Assembly: GCF_963921235.1 (NCBI RefSeq)
Contig: NC_086108.1
Coordinates: 93,002,001 to 93,066,000 of the forward strand
From: Mobula hypostoma
Lineage: Eukaryota
Direction: 5' to 3'
DNA: 64,000 bases
Shown here piece after piece: positions 12,832 through 28,243 of the stretch; position 1 is the first letter of the stretch, and each line of letters begins with the position of its first letter. A program made the position numbers and the translations under genes. Under the pieces are notes generated by a model. It made no database searches. It saw only the letters and a list, made by a program, of their open reading frames with translations, and was not told the origin of the DNA.

Positions 12832-13490
12832 GAACATAGAACAATACAGCACAGTACAGGCCATTCAGCCCACAATTGCATGCTAACCTTTTAACCTACT
12901 CTGACCAACCTAACACTTCCCTCACATAGCCCTCCATCTTGCTTTTGTCTAAGATTTTCTTAAATGTCCCTAATGTATCTGCCTCCACTCCCAGCCTGCA
13001 GTACATTCCACGCACTTACCACTTTGCGTAAAAAAAGTACCTCTGACTTCCCCCCTGTACTTTCCACCAATCACCTGAAAATTAACGTCCTCTCATAAGA
13101 GCTATTACCACCCTGGGAAAAAGGCACTGCAAGTCTGTTCTATCAATTCCTCTTATCATTTCATACACCTCTATCTAGTCACCTCTCATCTTCCGTCACT
13201 CCAGGGGGGAAATCCCTAGCTCGCTCAGCCTTTCCTCATAGGACATGCTCTCTAATCCGGGTACCATTCTGGTAAATCTCCTCTGCATCCTCTATAAAGC
13301 TTTCACATCCTTACTATAACATGACCAGAAATGAACATAATTCGGCAAGTGTGGTCTAACCAGAGTTTTACGCAACTTGCAGCTCTTGAACTCAATCCAC
13401 GGTTAATGAAGGGCAACACATCATGTGCCTTCATTACCACCTTACCAATTTACGTGGCAACTTTGAGGGATCTATGGATGTGGACCCCAA
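12832..13490 (-). mobile_element. Decayed CR1 3' fragment
   Basis: Tail (agaacat)n, then reverse complement of the LERLGxFPLE and LVRPHL regions. Confidence 0.75.
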
Positions 13491-13569
13491 GTTGAGGAGC
13501 AAGAAGGCAAAAGAGAATTTGAGGAGGAATATTTATATCCAGAATTCACTGCCTGAGGGGTAGTGGGGG

Positions 13570-13980
13570 ACCTGAAGAAGCAACGTGGCAAATTGTAACA
13601 GCGAAACAATGAGCTGCTGGTCTCCCGCTCTCATTTGTTGCGGGAGAGTCCTCTCTCTCTGCCTCGCCAGTGACAGAGAGCCTGTCTGAGACATCAAAGT
13701 GTTGGGTTATGGACTGTAGATGGACTTCAGATCAAGGACTCTTTGGGGGCTTTGATATTGCCTTGCATGGTGTGTTGAGGGGGTCAGTGCTTTTGCTAGA
13801 GCAAGTGGGAGGAGGGTGGATGCTTTTGCTGCCACTTGTGTGTGGGAGAGGAGGGGGCTTTTGGGGGTTCTGACAGTTCTGTCATTCATTCTTTGGGCTT
13901 TTTTTTCTATGTTGTGGATGTCTGTGAAGAGTAAGAATTTCAGGCTGTACACTTTCTCTGATATTAAATTGAAATCGAAC
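13570..13980 (+). mobile_element. Non-autonomous non-LTR repeat of unassigned class (related to 25670-26750 and 60152-60629)
   Basis: Shared body (ctttgggg...ttgcatgg...ggggag) and 3' end tttcaggctgta...ttctctgatattaaat in three copies. Confidence 0.6.
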
Positions 13981-14479
13981 AAATGACTTAATTATTCACT
14001 TCATTGATTGTAATTTGCTAATTGGCACCACATTAATTTAGGAGGATTTTGATATGCTTTGTCAGATGTCTTTCATAGACAATGCCTTCATCACAGATTA
14101 CCATCATTCATCTCATGGTGGGCTGTGGGATCTTGCTGTATTCAACATCGTTGCCATATCTGCTTTTCAAAGTCATTTCTGTTATGTTAAAGACTTGGAG
14201 TGTATGTTCATGGGAAAAGCGGAAAACAGCATTATCATGTTCTTCTTATAGGATTTAGGTTAATCAGCTCACAATTTGTTTATACGAAAAGGAAATTGGT
14301 CTGAATCTGGAGTTCTGATTAATGGTCATTGACCTGAAGCAGGAGTGCAGAGCATATCTGTCATCTTCAGCTTTCCTTTAACATTGTACTTATGCATTGT
14401 AAATCCCATATACTGAGCTGAGCAATTAAGTATTTCTTGGACTTCCATTCTCCATAGAAATATTGCAAATTTTCTCCTC

Positions 14480-15620
14480 AAAGTTCAAAGTAGATTTACT
14501 ATCAAACTACATGGACTGTATGTTACCATATACTACCCTGAGATTCATTTCCTTCCAGGCATTTACAGGAAAAAAGAAATGCAATAGAATTTTATGAAAA
14601 AAATTACAGTACACTTAAACAAAAGCTGACAAACGACCAATGTGCAAAAGACAAACAGTGCAAATAAAAATAATGCTGAGAACATTAAGAATATAGTCCT
14701 AAGGTCAAAAAGGTAAATGGATTTATATATGCCACCATATGCTACCTTGAGATTCACTTTCTTGCAGGCATTTACAGGAAAATAAAGAAATACCGACAGA
14801 ATTTATAAAAACCTATACATGAACGAAGTCTGACAAACATCCAAATGTGCAAGTGAGGGCAAGTCATGAAAATAATAAAAACATGTTAACAAATTATACT
14901 GATAACATGTGTTGTAGAGTCCCTGAAAGTGGTTCTCTAGGTTGTGGAATCTGTTCAACTTTGAGGTGAGCGAAGTGCAGATTTAGCCATGTCTCTGTAC
15001 TTTAAAACACTTTGCTCTTCTAATGTGGTATAATTCTGAATGTATTGCTACTTATTTATACCTGGCAATCATATTAACAGAACATATTTTTACATGGGAT
15101 CAACTTCTAGATATCTTCAGGATTTCCATTTTTCATAGAAACATAAGAACATAAAAAATAGGAGCAGGAGTAGGCCAACTGTCCCGTCAATTCTGCTCTG
15201 CCATTCAATAAGGTCATGGCTGATCTGAGTATGGACTCATCCCCACCTACCTGTATTTTCCTCATAGCCCTTAATTCCCCGACTATGCAAAAATCTATCA
15301 AAACAACGCAAAAGTTCTCCTCTAAGTTCAAAGATAATTTATTAACAAAGTACATATACTGTATATCACCATATATTACATAGAGATTCATTCTCTTTCA
15401 GGCACTTACAGGGAAAAAAGAAATGCCATGGAATTGTTTCAGAACAAATAACTATTGTGCAAAAGAAGACCAATTATGCAAATAAGGACAACTGAGAACA
15501 GGAGTCGTAAGGAGTTGTTGAAAGTGAGTCTGTAGGTCTAGAATTAATTCAGAGTAATAATGAATGAAGTTATCCATACTGTTCAGAAGCCTGATGGTTA
15601 TAACATAAAACTGGAAATAA
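14480..15620 (-). mobile_element. Cluster of Rex1-like 3' UTR fragments with a short CR1 3' end (about 15135-15300)
   Basis: Repeated tcaaagttcaaagta...taccctgagattcatttccttgcaggcatt motif at about 14480, 14740 and 15325. Confidence 0.55.
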
Positions 15621-15790
15621 TTTGGAAAATGTGTAGCTTGGGTGGTTGATGGTTGGATTGAGATGTTCTCCAATCTTGGTAATTTACTTGTAAACATTTC
15701 ATCATCATGAGGGACATCCTCAGTGTGCCGTTAATCGTGGTGTGTGTCCTCCAAAGGCCAAGCATTTTGCATTTAAATCATCATTGCCAC
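15620..15790 (-). mobile_element. Third Penelope-type terminal fragment with decayed hammerhead (15689-15728)
   Basis: Minus strand gcaca-CUGAGGA-uguccc...gau-GAAA-uguu followed by a PLE-like tail. Confidence 0.5.
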
Positions 15791-15859
15791 CCATTGTTAA
15801 TCAGCAAATCATCATTGTTAATGTCCCCAATTCAATAAATCAATGCCATTGAGCCTTAT

Positions 15860-16670
15860 CACTCGCACTCAATGTCAATAAGACCAAGGAACTGATTGTA
15901 GACTTCAGGAGAGGGAAACCAGGGGTCCATGAGCCAGTACTCATCGGAGGATCAGAGTTGGAGAGGGTCAGTAACTTTAAATTCCTGGACGTCACTATCT
16001 CAGAGGGCCTGTCCGAGACCCATCATATAATGATAATTGCAAAGAAAGCACGATAGTGCCTCTACTTCCTCAGGAGTCTCTTGAGATTTGGCATGCCATC
16101 AAAAACCTTTGCAAACTTTTTATAGATGTGTGGTGGAAAGTGTGCCGACTGGCTGCATTACAGCCTGGTGTGGGAACACCAATGCCTTTGAGCAGAAAAT
16201 CCTAAAAAAGGTGGTGGTTTCAGCCCAGTACATCATGGGTAAAGCCTTCTCAACCATTGAGCACATCTACGTGAAACATTGTCATAGAAAAGCAGCATGT
16301 ATCATTAAAGATCCTCATCACCCAGGCCATGCTATTTTCTTGCTGCTGCCATCAGGTAGAAGGTACAAGTGGCTCAGGACCAGGTTCAGGAACAGCTTCT
16401 TCCCTTCAACCATCAGGCTCTTGAACAAAAGGGAATAACTAAACTCATTCTATTTCTGGTGTTCCCACAACTAATGGTTACACCTTAAGGACTCATTATC
16501 TTGTTATTTCATGTTCTTAGTATTTATTGCTATTTATTTATATTTACATTTGCACAATTTGTTATTCATTGATCCCGTTTACCGTAGATTTGCTAAGTAT
16601 GCCAGCAGGAAAAAAGAATCTAAGTATGTGGTCTTATTTATGTGCTCTGATAATAAATTTTACTTTGAAC
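15860..16670 (+). mobile_element. Rex1/Babar LINE 3' fragment
   Basis: FYRCVVESVPTGCITAW, KAACIIKDPHHPGH, LLPSGRRY; tail aataaatttactttgaacttt. Confidence 0.85.
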
Positions 16671-17158
16671 TTTAGGCACACAATGCAAAATACATCTCTG
16701 GATTTCGATCCAATTGTTGATGTGTGGTCTCATTGTAATTCAGTGAACATGATTTACTAAAATACCATTTTAATATGAATTACCAGATGATCTTTGCATG
16801 GAAAACATACTGCTTTTTTGGTTTTAAGATACAACCAGAAGAGAGGAATACTAAACAACAGACGAGGACATCTGAGAAGACCACAGGAAGCAAAATACTC
16901 TGAGTTTTAAAGTTAATTAACTGCAGTTAAAAATAATATGTTTATGTAAGTTTTTCTGGTTTATTCACAAGATCGTAAATTCTCAGTAACTGGGCATTAA
17001 GAACCTTTTGGCTAATCTGGAATTTGCAATAACAGCAACTTGTTCTTGTTAACTGTTTCTTTCACACAGTCAATATTCCTCTCTTTCATCAACTATAATT
17101 GCACCATAATATGGCAGGAAGCTATCATGATTTCAGTCAGCAAGACATGAATTATATA

Positions 17159-19269
<2,111 letters not shown>

Positions 19270-19444
19270 TATAGGTAGCTACAACTTGCAAGCCATATAG
19301 TAGAGAAAATTTCAAACTATTCTCTGTTGTTGAATGAGTCAGGTACTCAAATTGGCTTAATAATATTATTTGACAAACCATTGTAAGGCATGTCATGTAA
19401 ATATCTAATTCATGTTCAACAAAACCATGTTGTACCAAAAGTTG

Positions 19445-19830
19445 TGCTTGCATTGGAGAGGGTCTAGAAGAGGTTCATGAGAACGATCCTAGGATTGAAA
19501 GGGCTAACATACGAGAAGTGTTAGATAGGGTGGATGTGGAGAGAATGTTTCCTGTTGTGGGGAGTCTAGGACCAGAAGGCACAGCCTCCAAATATGTGGG
19601 CATCCATTTAGAACAGAAATTAGGAGGGGTTTCTTTCGATGGAGGTTGGTGAATCTGTGGAATTCATTGCCTCAGATGGTTATGGAGGCCAAGTCATTCA
19701 ATATAGTTAAAGCAGAGGTCAGTAGGGTTTTCACTAGTCAGGGTGTCAAAGGTTACAGGGGTTCAGAGAGATACTTAATCAGCCATGATGAAATGGTAGA
19801 GCAGACTCCTTTGCCCAAATGTTCAATCTA
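19445..19830 (+). mobile_element. Decayed CR1 3' fragment
   Basis: VNLWNSLPQ motif; SRTRxHSL region. Confidence 0.75.
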
Positions 19831-20177
19831 ATCAAATCACAATTCAATTACTAACTAGTAATCATGTATATAAAGAGCAAAACCTTCAGAAAGCTTGAAT
19901 GAAATTTCAGATAGCATATCCTAAAAGGGCTGCCCGTCTGAAAACGAACACCAAATACTTTGGAGATATTTGTGAGATAAAGGGTATCACTGCATGACTC
20001 GACAGAACTGGAGACAATCTTCTGGCTCTCATTGAAAGGTTGCATTATTCACGGATTTGCTAACAAAAGAGCGCTCAAGAACATGGCTCTTTATTTGAAT
20101 TGACTGCCAATGCCGGGCTAAAAGAAAAACGTGAAATGGATTTCCCTTGGAAGCCACAAATAAATCTCCTGTAATAT

Positions 20178-20745
20178 TTCAAGATTCAAGATTGTTTATT
20201 GTCATTCTTCAGTACTTGAGTGTAAAGGAGAACAAAGTGATTGTTACTCTGGATCCAATGCAGAATTTAAAAAAAAAATAAGCATTAAAAACACAATACA
20301 AAAAATAAATATCAATACATAAGGTTAGCTTATAGACATGGACTGATTGTATGTACTGAAAGCAACAGGAGTTAGGTACAAAAGTATCTGTACATAAGGT
20401 GACTCTGTTAGGAAATGATAAAGTAGTGGTGGTGCCGTGGGTCAATGGGTGGAGGTGTTGATCAGCCTGATGGCTTGGGAGAAGTAATTGTTTATGGGTC
20501 TGGTGGTCCTGGAGTGGAGATTCAATAGCCTCTTCCCTGTTGGGAGTGAGACAAACAGTCCATAAGCAGGGTGGATGGGACCCTTCATGATATTGCTGGC
20601 CTCTTTCTGACATCCATGTCCTTGATGGCGGGTAGGCTGGTGCCAGTAATGCCTTGGGCGGTTTTAAATACACGTAGAGCCGTCCTGTCCAATGCAGTGC
20701 AGTTTCCATACCACGCAGTAATGCAGCATGCTAGAATGCTCTCAA
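20178..20745 (-). mobile_element. Rex1/Babar 3' fragment (related copies at about 44945-45170 and 57035-57460)
   Basis: Tail (ttcaaga)2; minus strand reads as ESILACCITAWYGN and IMKDPTHPA. Confidence 0.75.
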
Positions 20746-21711
20746 TTGTGTATCAGCAGGAGGTCTAGAGTATTGATGTGCATAAAACAGCACTCTCAAG
20801 CCCCATCTGAAAGCAGAGCTTTCTTGACTGTGGAAGATATTTTCTGGGTTGTGTAAGATGTGCGCTCCTAGGAGTTGTGTGAAATTAGCAATTGTAAGTG
20901 ATTTGTATAAGATAATCCCTGAGCCTAAAGTGAGTTTGGATCCAAAGTCTATAAAGATTACAGGGGTGGTTTTGTGAACAAGTCCATGCATTGGGAGCAC
21001 ACACAGGAGTGTATGACATTAAATATTACTCATCAACCCATCCCATCAGGTACCCTAGTTTATCTACACATGAATCTGTGGACTCCACGTAGGCTTCCTT
21101 AGTCACCTGAGTGAAAGAGATGTCCTTGATTCTGACAGGAATCTAGAAATGCTTCCTTATTCGGAATTCTTCAAGTATCGGCTTGACCAGACGAAGTTTC
21201 AATCTTTATATTGCCTAATGAAGAACAGTGTATGTTAATAAGGTCCTGTCTAAAATCATGTTAAAACATTTTGCTTTCATATGCCTGAGAGAAGACAAGG
21301 AATTTCCAAATGTGCACCCTGAGTTTAATTCATACGTGTCAGCCTCTGTTGTAACCACTCTACAGTAGTGCATGATTCTCATGTGTAGTTATATTTCTGA
21401 AAATATCTACATTATATATGCATGTGAATATCCTACAAAGATTAGCTTTTGTTATCTGCTTATGTTGCAGTGAACTGTGCCAGTAATCTTTCATTATTAA
21501 TGGGCAGACAGCTTGTTAACCATGTTATCTTTCAACACGTTAACCAGTTCTGCTCCTTAATACGTAAGTAATGTTGGTAGAATTTTCCAGTACCTCTGGG
21601 TCACTATTCTGCTGTTAACATTATTTTGAGACACTCACAGTGATGATTGATAAGGATCCCACCAGATTTTCTGATGGTATGCATACTGTTCAAATTTCAA
21701 TAGCTACTATT

Positions 21712-22404
21712 CTCTCAGTAGCCACTTTTTTTTGGCAACTTGTGTGATTTATTCTGCCTCTGAGTGTACGTTCATGGAATTCTGCTGCTGTAGCCCATCC
21801 ACTTCAAGATTCAATGTGTTGTACCTTCAGAGATGTTCCGCACACCATTGTTGTAACACGTGGTTGCTGCCTTCCTGTCAGCGTGAACCAGTTCTGGCCA
21901 TTTTTCACTGATTAACAGGGCATCTTCAACCACACAATTGCCATTCACTAAGTGTTTTTTTGTTTTTTGCACCATTCTCTGTAAATTCTAGAACCCATTG
22001 TGTGTGAGAATCCCAGGAGATCAGCAGTTTCTGAGATACTCAAACTGCCAAATCAGCACCAACAATCATTCTACTGTACATTCTGATGTCTGGTCTCAAC
22101 AACAACGGAACCTTTTCTCCATGTTCTTGTGTCTGTGCACAACTACATATATATTAAATAAAAGCATGTATGCAGAATATGGCTTTAACATGGGGGGAGA
22201 GGGGGAGAGGGGGGAGGGGGGAGGGGGTTAGATATGTGCAAATGACAAATCAATACATAGTGCTAAGGGATGGGGCGCATAGCTCTAAAAGAAATAGATG
22301 CATACATTACACATGTTTGTATGATTTTATGCACTGAGCTGCTGCCCCAAGATTAGCTGGTTAGATATTCGCATTAATGAGCAGGTGTACATGGCCACTG
22401 AGTG
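21712..22404. mobile_element. Non-autonomous Tc1-derived element with an internal ~190-bp foreign segment
   Basis: Terminal inverted motif ctcagtagccac / ggccactgagtg followed by TA; internal sequence resembles a decayed Tc1 N-terminus on minus; G-rich insert about 22125-22320. Confidence 0.55.
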
Positions 22405-23068
22405 TACTGTTATTCCCAAATAAATAGAGTGAGCAATAGTTTACAGCAGATAGTTTTTAGCCATTTAATCTAGATCTAAGTGCCAATGTAACAAAGTACA
22501 TTTTATAAACCAGACTTAGTGAAATTCCAAATATGAAATAATACACCTTCTCAATGAGACACGATATATACAGCTGATCTGATATAGTTCACATTCCTAA
22601 TAAGACATAGTACTTGTTCTTACTGGGTCCAAGCAAACACTGCCAACAGGAAAGAACATGATGTTTAAAGGAACTAGACCATCTAAAGGGTTAGTGCAGA
22701 TCTAATGAATTGCTTGTGCCAAATTTGCTGATCTTACAAGGATAGGTGGATTAGTAGGGTCGGAGGACAGAAAGAGCATGCAAAGGAATCTATATTCAGT
22801 GGACAATTTCTTTCTGTCTTTGCTCCCCTTCCCTTCTGAGCTATTCAGAGAGGCAGGTAGAACTTACTTAAGCAAGAACTATGAGGAGAAGATTGGTAAG
22901 CTTACATGTCAGACTAAGTGACCGACTGACCTCTTATATCAACATTCCTCTAACAGATGATGTCACAGCATGGTTGACAGGATAATTATAAGTGACATGA
23001 AGTGTGATCCATGCTTGGATCCATTTTGGAATATAAATTTGTGCCACTTGAGTGTGAAAGACAGACCT

Positions 23069-25180
23069 TAAGATATAGAACCAGAATTAGACCTTTTAGC
23101 TCTTGGAGTAAACACCATTTCATCATGGCTAATCCATTTCCTCTCTCAGTTCCAATCCTCTGCCTTCTCCCTGTATCCTTTCATGCCCTGACTAATCAAG
23201 AATTTATCAACCTCTGCCTTAAATATAAATGAAATATCTTTATTGTCATTGCATAGTACAATTTGTCATGCACCAAGACAACGAAAATGAGTTTGCAACT
23301 CTCGTACTCAATGCTATAAAACAACAAATAAAATAACAATAAATAAAATCAAGTAACCAGCCAGTACAAGCAATGTCCAGCAGTACAAAAGCACAGCTCA
23401 GATGCCTGACAGCCATAAAACCAGTATTAAAGCAGCAATATAACAATTTATGGATGATGCTTGATCGATTGGTTCAGAGCAATTATAGCTCTGGGGAAAA
23501 AGCTATTTTTCAGTCTGGAAGTGCGAGCATAGAAAATCTTATAACGTCTGCCAGAGGGAAGAAGTTCAAACAGATGACTGCATGGGTGTGTATTGTCCTT
23601 ACAGATGCTTGTAGCCTTCCTTAGGCAGCGAGAGCTGTAGGTGTCCTCCAGGGCTGGGAGCTGTGTCCCGATGATCTTCTGTGCGCTAGAGACGACCCGC
23701 TGAAGTGCTTTCCTATCAGCTGCTGTACAACCGAGATACCACACAGAGATGCAGTATGTTAAGATGCTCTCTATGGTGCAGCGGTAAAAGGTCGCCAGCA
23801 TCTGTTCAGGTAGACCAGCTTTCTTCAGTGTTCTGAGGAAAAACAAGCATTGCTGTGCTTTCTTAACTATTGTAGTGGTGTTAGTGGACCATGTAAGGTC
23901 TTCTGAGATATGTATTCCCAGAAACCTGAAACTGGACATTCTCTCCACTATGTCTCCGTTAATGTAGACTGGAGCGTAATCATCATCCCGTGACTTTCCA
24001 AAGTTGATAATTAGCTCCTTAGTCTATGCTGCATTAAGAGACAGGTTGTTCTCTGAGCACCAGCTCAGTACGTTCTGTACCTCTACTCTGTACGCTGATT
24101 CGTCTCTGTTGGAGATCAACCCAATCACTGTTGAATCTGCGAATTTGATGATGGTATTGGTGTTAAATGCAGGTACACAGTTGTAAGTGAAGAGGGAGTT
24201 GAGTATGGGACTCAATACACAACCTTGTAGTATACCAGCGTTCAGGATAGTAATGGAGGACAGGTGAGGGCCCAGTCTCAATGCCTGTGAACACTCTGAC
24301 AAGAAATTCAGGACCCGGTTGCAGAGTGATGAGCTGAGGCCTAGCTGGTGGAGTTTGGAAATGAGCTTGCTGGGGATGACAGTATTAAAAGCAGAGCTAT
24401 AATCAACAAACAACATCCTCACATATGTGCCCTTTCGCTCTAGATGTGTCCATATGTAAAGACTTGGGTCCACAGCTGCCTGTGGCAATGGATTCCACAG
24501 TTTCACTACTCTCTGGCTAAAGAAATTCCTTCTCATCTTCATTATAAAAGATCATTCCTTTATTCTGAGGCTGGGTCAGACTCCTACACCACAAGAATCA
24601 TCCTCTCCATATCCAGTCTATTGAGGCCTTTCGATGTTTGATAGGTTTCGATGAGTCCACCCCTCATTCATCTGAATTCCAGTGAGTACTGGCCCAGAGG
24701 CATCAAACACTCCGCAAAGGACAAGCCTTTCAATCCCAGATTTATTTTTGTGAACTTCCTTTGAACCCTCTGCACTGTCAGCACATTCCTTCTGATATAA
24801 GAGGCCCAGAATTGCTCACAGTATTCCCTGTGATGTCTCACCAGTGCTTCATAAAGCCTCATCGTTACATGCTTGCTGTTATGAATGCTAGCATTGCATT
24901 TGCCTTTCTCCACCACCAACTCAACCTGCTAATTAACTTTTAGGGAATCCTGCACGAGGACTCCCAAGTCCCTCTGCACCTCAGAGTTTTAAATTTTCTC
25001 TCCATTTAGAAAATAGTCTGCCCTTTTATTTCTTCTACCAAAGTGCATAACCATATACTTCCCTAAACTAAATTCCACCTGCCACTTTTTTGTCCATTCT
25101 CCTAATCTGCATTAGTCCTCTGTAGCCTCTCTACTTCCTCAAGATTTCCTGCCCCTCCACTTATCTTCGTATCGTCTGCA
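23069..25180 (-). mobile_element. CR1 3' portion split by a Rex1 insertion
   Basis: CR1 tail at 23069-23228 continues at about 24461 (RRNFFSQRVVKLWN; LYEALVRHHREYCEQFW). Confidence 0.82.
23231..24460 (-). mobile_element. Rex1/Babar LINE, 5'-truncated, relatively intact
   Basis: ORFs 24024..24542 (TYVRMLFVDYSSAFNTV, QGCVLSP, IIKFADS) and 23448..23948 (FYRCTIESILTYCISVWY, LLPSGRRY). Confidence 0.9.
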
Positions 25181-25669
25181 ATAATTGCGATTTTTAGTTG
25201 TCACGGTGTAAAATTATAAGGTCCATTTCCTTTAGTCACTTGATTGCAAGAGGAATAGTTTATCTTTCCACTCCATTGGGATAGTTTGCAGGTCAGGATC
25301 ATTTTACCTGGTTCTGTTCCTTGTCAAACTCTCTTGGCAGCAGGTGCATTGGATGTGTCTTAGCACCCACTTGGATCCATCTTCTAACTGGTGCTCTTTT
25401 CTTAGATAATAGGAACAAATCCAATAATAACTAAAATTATGTAATATTCATTGCACAGTCGTCCCAAGACAAACACAAAGAGTTAGCATAGACCAAACCA
25501 CACTTGAATTAAACTTCCAGGACTAAAGACAACTTGTACTCGTACACAACCTTTAAGATATTAAAATGTTCAAAACAGCCGCACAGGAATGTTGGCAAAC
25601 GAGGCTTCTTACAGAGCTGCATGAAAGATTTTGGGATAAATAACCAAAAACTTAGGAGGATGATGGTGC

Positions 25670-26750
25670 CTGGCGGCAAATCCTTTGCTTACATCTTCAG
25701 AAACAGCTCTATTTCTATCTTCAATATCTTTATTTTTCCCTTTCAGGGTTCTTTTGAAGATCCTGACCTGGAGTTACACACTGACTTCGGTTCTTTATGG
25801 GACTCTCGGAGTCTCACGACTGGCCGCTATTCGATACACCAAGGACGCGGCCTAGAAGACCAGCGTGCCTTCAGGGTTCCAGGATTTCGTGGCTCTGGAG
25901 GCAGATGGACTTGAGGTTGGTGCCTGTGCAGGAATTTAGTGTGTCGTGGGAGACGGAAGATCGAAAGCAGCAAGCTGGCTGCTGGCTGTGTGCCCAGAGA
26001 CCCGAGTTCTTTGGGCACAAAGCTCGGAAAAAGCGATGCAACAGACTTTTAACATCATAAATCAGCGAGTTGTTTATTATGTCTCCCCTTTCGCTGTGAA
26101 ACAGGGATACCTCTTCTTTCCTTATTAGGGAGAGAGAGAGCCTGTGGTATGTCAAATTACCGGGTGAACGAGTAGTCTTTGGGGTACTGCAAGTCTGTGT
26201 CTTTATCGATGCTTTGCTGCATACTTGCGTGCTCAGTGGGGGACGCTGATGCTTTTTTTGCTGGTGGGGGAGGGGGGTCATTACCTTGCTGCTGCTTATG
26301 TCTCTGTGGGGGGAGCTGGTGGGGGGGCTTTGGGGTTCAAACATTTAACTATAAGACCATAAGATATAGGAGCAGAAGTAGGCCATTCAGCCCATTGAGT
26401 CTGCTCCACCATTCAATCATGGGCTGATCCAATTCTTCCAGTCATCCCTGCCTTTGATGCCCTGGCTAATGAAGAACCTATTTATCTTTGCCTTAAACAC
26501 ACCCACCATGGCCTCCACTGCCGCTCCACAGATTTACCACCCTCTGACTAAAGTAATTTCTCCGCATCTCTGTTCTAAATGGGCATCCTTCAATCCTGAA
26601 GTCGTGCCCTCTTGTCCTAGACTCCCCTATCATTCATCCTTTGGGGTGCTCCTCTGTTTTCATGGATGGTTACGAAGAAAAAACGTTTCAGGATGTATAT
26701 TGTATACATTTCGCTGACGTTAAATGTACCTTTGAAACCTTTGAAACTTT
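25670..26750 (+). mobile_element. Non-autonomous non-LTR repeat with a CR1 3' end nested at about 26350-26630
   Basis: CpG-retaining body, tail (acctttgaa)n; nested CR1 on minus (taagaccataagatatagg tail) flanked by ctat. Confidence 0.65.
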
Positions 26751-26957
26751 GAAAGGAAGGTCAATGAGGCATCTTTCAAGCATTGTCTGAAAGGAGAGGT
26801 AGAGAGATAGGAAGGTTCAGGGAGGGAATCCAAAGCCAGGGTCAGTGCTGGGAATGATTAAGAGATCAGAGCTGGAGTAAATTTGAGAGAGAGATGGAAA
26901 ATACTGTGTGCTGTATACTGTTGTTCACTGTTCTCCTTTGGGAACAACACTACACTC

Positions 26958-27270
26958 CGCACCACGGTAACAAAGCGGTGACTGCGATGCTGTTACAGCG
27001 GGAGGTGTTCTGGAATTCGGAGTTCAATCCCAGTGCCATTTTGTAAGGGGTCTCTATATGTCCTCCCCATGGAAAGTGTTGGTTTTCCCCAAGACCTCCA
27101 GTTTCTTCCCACAGTCCAAAGACATACCAGGCAGGTTAATTGGTCATTGTAAATCGTCTCATGAATAGGTTAAGGTTAATCGAGTTTATCGGGGGTTTGC
27201 TGGGAGGTGAGGCTCGAAGGGCCAGAAGGGCTTTACTCTTCACTGCTTTGCTAAATAAATAAATAAACAA
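26958..27270 (+). mobile_element. tRNA-derived V-domain SINE
   Basis: B-box gagttcaatccc; V core ...tttcttcccacagtccaaagac; (taaa)n tail. Confidence 0.75.
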
Positions 27271-27569
27271 ACAAAACTGCTGACAGTGCCAAGAATGAAT
27301 GCTTTCCGTGACCCCTATGTGAACTTGTGTATTTATATTATTTCACGATTTTTGGCATAAACACACTTTTATTGTGTACTTTAAAAAGAATGCTGATTGT
27401 GGTTTTGGCACAAGAACATCTTGCCATATCCGCACATCTGTTCCAGGCATTTTCTGTAATAGAACCCAGGTTTGGTAAGCTCATTAATTGTGAATTTCAG
27501 ACCTTATTTTGTCCGGTTAAAATACATGCAGCAATGAAGCAAATTACTCTCATATTTTCCTTTGGGAGT

Positions 27570-28243
27570 CAAGTCCAATTTCAAGTTTAACTGTCATTCA
27601 ACCATACACATGTATACAGCCAAATGAAACAATGTTCCTCTGGGGCCAATGCACAAAACACAATACATAGTCGCACACAGCACATACAGTAACGAGAGCA
27701 CATACAGTCACAAAGATAGTATTAGCACAAGTCCCTGAGTGCATGGCCTGAAGATTGATGGTGCATAGGATGTTGTCCTTGAGCCATGTTTCTGCAAGAA
27801 CAAGTACATAGCAGTTCCTCATCTTTCACTGGGTCATTTGCAGATGGAGGCAATCCAGCTTGTCTCCCAGGAAACGAACAGTAGAAAGCAGCACTGATGG
27901 GAGAGCTGGCCTACAAGGCCCAGTCCCCAACCCAGCACAGATTACAGTGCATCCAGCGCACTTCTGTTCTGTCCCACACTGCCTCCGGTGCGTGCTCCCC
28001 TGAATGGCTGTAACAGCCGACGCTGTGACATGAGGGCCTGGTCCACACAGCAACCAAGGCCACTTAGCTTCCCCCACCACCAGTCTTGTCAATGAACAAA
28101 TGTACCAGACTTGTAGTGTTTTATATTACCAATGTCCAACAGGATCACGTGATCACAAAAATGTTTTTAAGACACACATTTGCACCATTTGTTGGATCCT
28201 GGGAGGCTGCTGCGACCAAGCACGACGCTATCTTACCGGAAGT
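27570..28243 (-). mobile_element. Internally deleted Rex1-type derivative (5' end and endonuclease start fused to 3' tail)
   Basis: 5' end acttccggtaagatagcg; APE motif remnant NCYVLVLAETWL; tail gacagttaaacttgaa; second copy at 30675-31300. Confidence 0.65.

Noticed and set aside
24024..24542. CR1-Rex1 chimeric ORF
   Set aside because: Insertion junction of a truncated Rex1 within CR1; no promoter or start context, and both are fragments.
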